A stretch of DNA of 64,000 nt from Mobula hypostoma (taxonomy: Eukaryota), in contig NC_086097.1 of assembly GCF_963921235.1 (NCBI RefSeq), forward strand, positions 152,894,001-152,958,000, written 5' to 3'. The notes beneath the pieces were generated by a model. It saw nothing but the letters and a program-made list of their open reading frames with translations. It made no database searches and was not told where the DNA came from. Within the stretch, counting starts at the first letter, position 1; every line of letters begins with the position of its first letter. The translations under genes and the position numbers were made by a program. Below, piece by piece: positions 61,410-64,000 of this stretch.

Positions 61410-64000
61410 AGATGAAGACATGGCTGAGGAACTGGTAAAGGGAATAGGATTTCAGATTTCTGGATCATTGAGATCCTTTCTGGGGAAGTTATGATCTGTA
61501 CAAAAGGGACAGGTTATACCTGAACAGGAAGTAGACCAATACCTTTATTGGGGAACTTTTAACCTAATTTGGTAGGGGGATGGGAAGCAGTGATGAGACT
61601 AAGGATGGCACAATTGGTATACAAGCAGAGGCAGTGTGTAATGAGACTGTCAGGAAAGACAGACAGATGATAGGGCAAAATTGCAGACAGTGAGAAGAAT
61701 TGCAGTGTTACAGGGGGACAAAATCAAAAGGGTGATGTATACAAGATCGAAGCTGTTATACACATATTTGAATGTATGCAATATACAGAATAAGGTAGAT
61801 GATCGTACAGTGCAATTGGACACTGGCAGGTATGACATTGTGGACATCAATGAGTCGTGGCTGAGAAAAAATTATAATTGGGAGCTTAACATTCAAGGAT
61901 ACACATTGTATGAAAACTGCAGCAAGGTAGGTAGAGCGGTTGGCATGGCTCTGTTGGTAAAAGTGAAATCAAATCCAGGATCAAAAGATGTAGGATCGCT
62001 GTGGGTAGAGTTAAGAAACTTCGAGGCTTGAAGGAAGGACCCTGATGGGAGTTATAAACAGGTCTTTGTACAGTAGCCAGAACGAGGGCTACAAATTACA
62101 ATGACATATAGAAAATGCATTTCAAAAGGACAATGTTACAATAGTCATGGGAAATTTCAATATGCAGATAGATTTGGAAGATCAGGTTGGTGCTGATTTT
62201 GGATCCCAAAAGAGAAATGTTGTAGTATTCCTACGAGATGGCTTAGAACAGCTTGGCTTTGAGCCTACTAGGGCATCAGCTATTCTGGATTAGGTGTTGC
62301 ATAATGAACTGGATTTGATTAGGGAGCTTATATTAAAGGAATCTTTAGGAAGCAGTGATCATAATATGATAGAATTCACCCTGCAGTTTGGGAGGGAGAA
62401 GATAAAGTCAGATGTATCAGCGTAAGGGAGGGGCTGGCCAAAGTTAATTGAAAGGGAACATGAGCAGGGATGATGGCAATGGCAGGATAGGTTGTAATTG
62501 GAGATAGGTAAATGGAGGAAAAAATGAGTAAGTGTTTTGCATCAGTCTTCATTGTAAAAGAAAATAACAATATTCAAGAAGTTCGTGAGTGTCAAGAAGC
62601 AGAAGAGAGTGCAATTGCTATTACTACGGAGAAAGTAAATGGGAAGATGAAAGGTCTGGAGGTAGATATGTCAACTCTACCAGATGGACTACATCCTGGC
62701 TTTTCAAAGAGGTAGCTGAAGAGTTTGTGGAGGCATTAGTAATGATCTTCAAAGAATCAATAAATTCTGGCATGATTTTGGAGGACTGAAATATTGCAAA
62801 TGTCACTCTACTCTTCAAGAAGGGAGGGAAGCAGAGAAAGGAAATAATAGGCCAGTTATCCTGAGTAGAGAGGTTCGGAACATATTAGAGGCAATTGTTA
62901 AGGAAGAAGTTTCCGGATACTTGGAGGCACATGATGAAATAGGCCAAAGTCAGCATGATTTTCTGTAGGGAAAATATTGCCTGACAAATCTATTGGAATC
63001 CTTGAGGAAATAACGAACAGGATAGCCAAAGGAGAATTGGTTGATGTTATGTAATTGGATTTTCATAAGGCCTTTGACAAGGTTCTTCACACAAGACTGC
63101 TTCGTTAGATAAGAGCCCATAGAATTACAGCTAAGTTATTACTATGGATAGAGGAATAGTTGGTTGGCAGGAGGCAAAGAGTGGGAATGAAGGGAGCCTT
63201 TTCTGATTGGCTGAAGTTGATTAGTGATGTTTCACAGGTGTAAGTGTTGAGACAACTTCTTTTTACATTATATGCCAATGACTTAGATAATGGAATTGAT
63301 GAGTTTGTGACCAAGTTTGTGGATACGAAGATAGGTGGAAGGGCCGGTAGTAGAGAGGAAACAAGGATGCTGCAGAATGACTCAGACAGATTCGGAGAAT
63401 GGGCAAAGAAATGGCAGATGGAAACAGGGTTGGGAAGTGTATGGTCATGGGTAGACCATTTTCTAAACAGAGAGAACATTCAAAACTCCAAGGTGATTTT
63501 GGAGTCTTTGTGCAGTATTCCCTAAAGGTTAACTCACAGGTTGAGTTGGTAGTGTGGAAGGTAAATGCAATGTTAGCATTCATTCCGAGAGGAATAGAAT
63601 ATAAATAAAAAACAAGGATGTAATAATGAGGCTTTAGAAGGCATTTGTGAGGCATCACTTGTAGTATTGTGAACAGATTTCGGCCTCTTAACTAAAAAAG
63701 GATGTCCTGACATTGGAGAGATTTCAAAGAAGGTTCAAAAAATGCTTCTGGTAGTGAAAAAAATATCATTTGAGGAGTGTTTGATGCCTCTGGACCTGTA
63801 TTCACTGGAATTTAGAAGAATGATAGTGATCTCATTGAAACTCATTGAATGTTGAAAGAGCTATATAGACTGAATGTGGGGAGTATGTTTCCTATGGTGG
63901 AGGAGTGCAGGACACAGGGTTCAGCCATCCACTTAGAACAGAAATGAAGAGGAAATTCTGTAGCCAGAGGGTGGTGAATCCGAGAAACTTGCTGCCAAAG
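61410..64000 (+). mobile_element. Degenerate CR1 LINE running off the window end
   Basis: ORF1 end; YLNVCNIQNK..INESWL; LWVELRN; SDHN; LDFHKAFDK; RT C-terminal remnants. Confidence 0.85.

Overview
This is eukaryotic, repeat-saturated genomic DNA. The repeat complement (HER1-type CR1 LINEs with (TTTCTATG)n tails, Neptune-type Penelope elements, Rex1/Babar, DeuSINE) suggests a cartilaginous fish, probably a ray; that is an inference. No host protein-coding exon could be confidently identified, and nearly all ORFs are transposon-derived. Main points: (1) A ~9.9-kb decayed provirus (37054-46917) has paired LTRs, a tRNA-Asn-like PBS, CCHC Gag, an in-frame gag-TGA-pol junction, PR-RT, two RNase H domains, integrase and an env-like gene. 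This architecture best fits lokiretroviruses. (2) Two Penelope-like insertions are inverted, each has a 14-bp TSD, and both carry minimal hammerhead ribozyme motifs. (3) A young L1 with an intact 5' end, ORF1 and partial ORF2 is 3'-truncated and flanked by a 2,445-bp direct duplication. (4) An orphan ~237-codon ORF is restored in frame when a Penelope insertion is removed. (5) Also present: a near-intact CR1 ORF2, an R4/Dong element, two solo LTRs, several MITEs and short non-autonomous retroposons. All family calls come from motif recognition by eye; no database searches were run.
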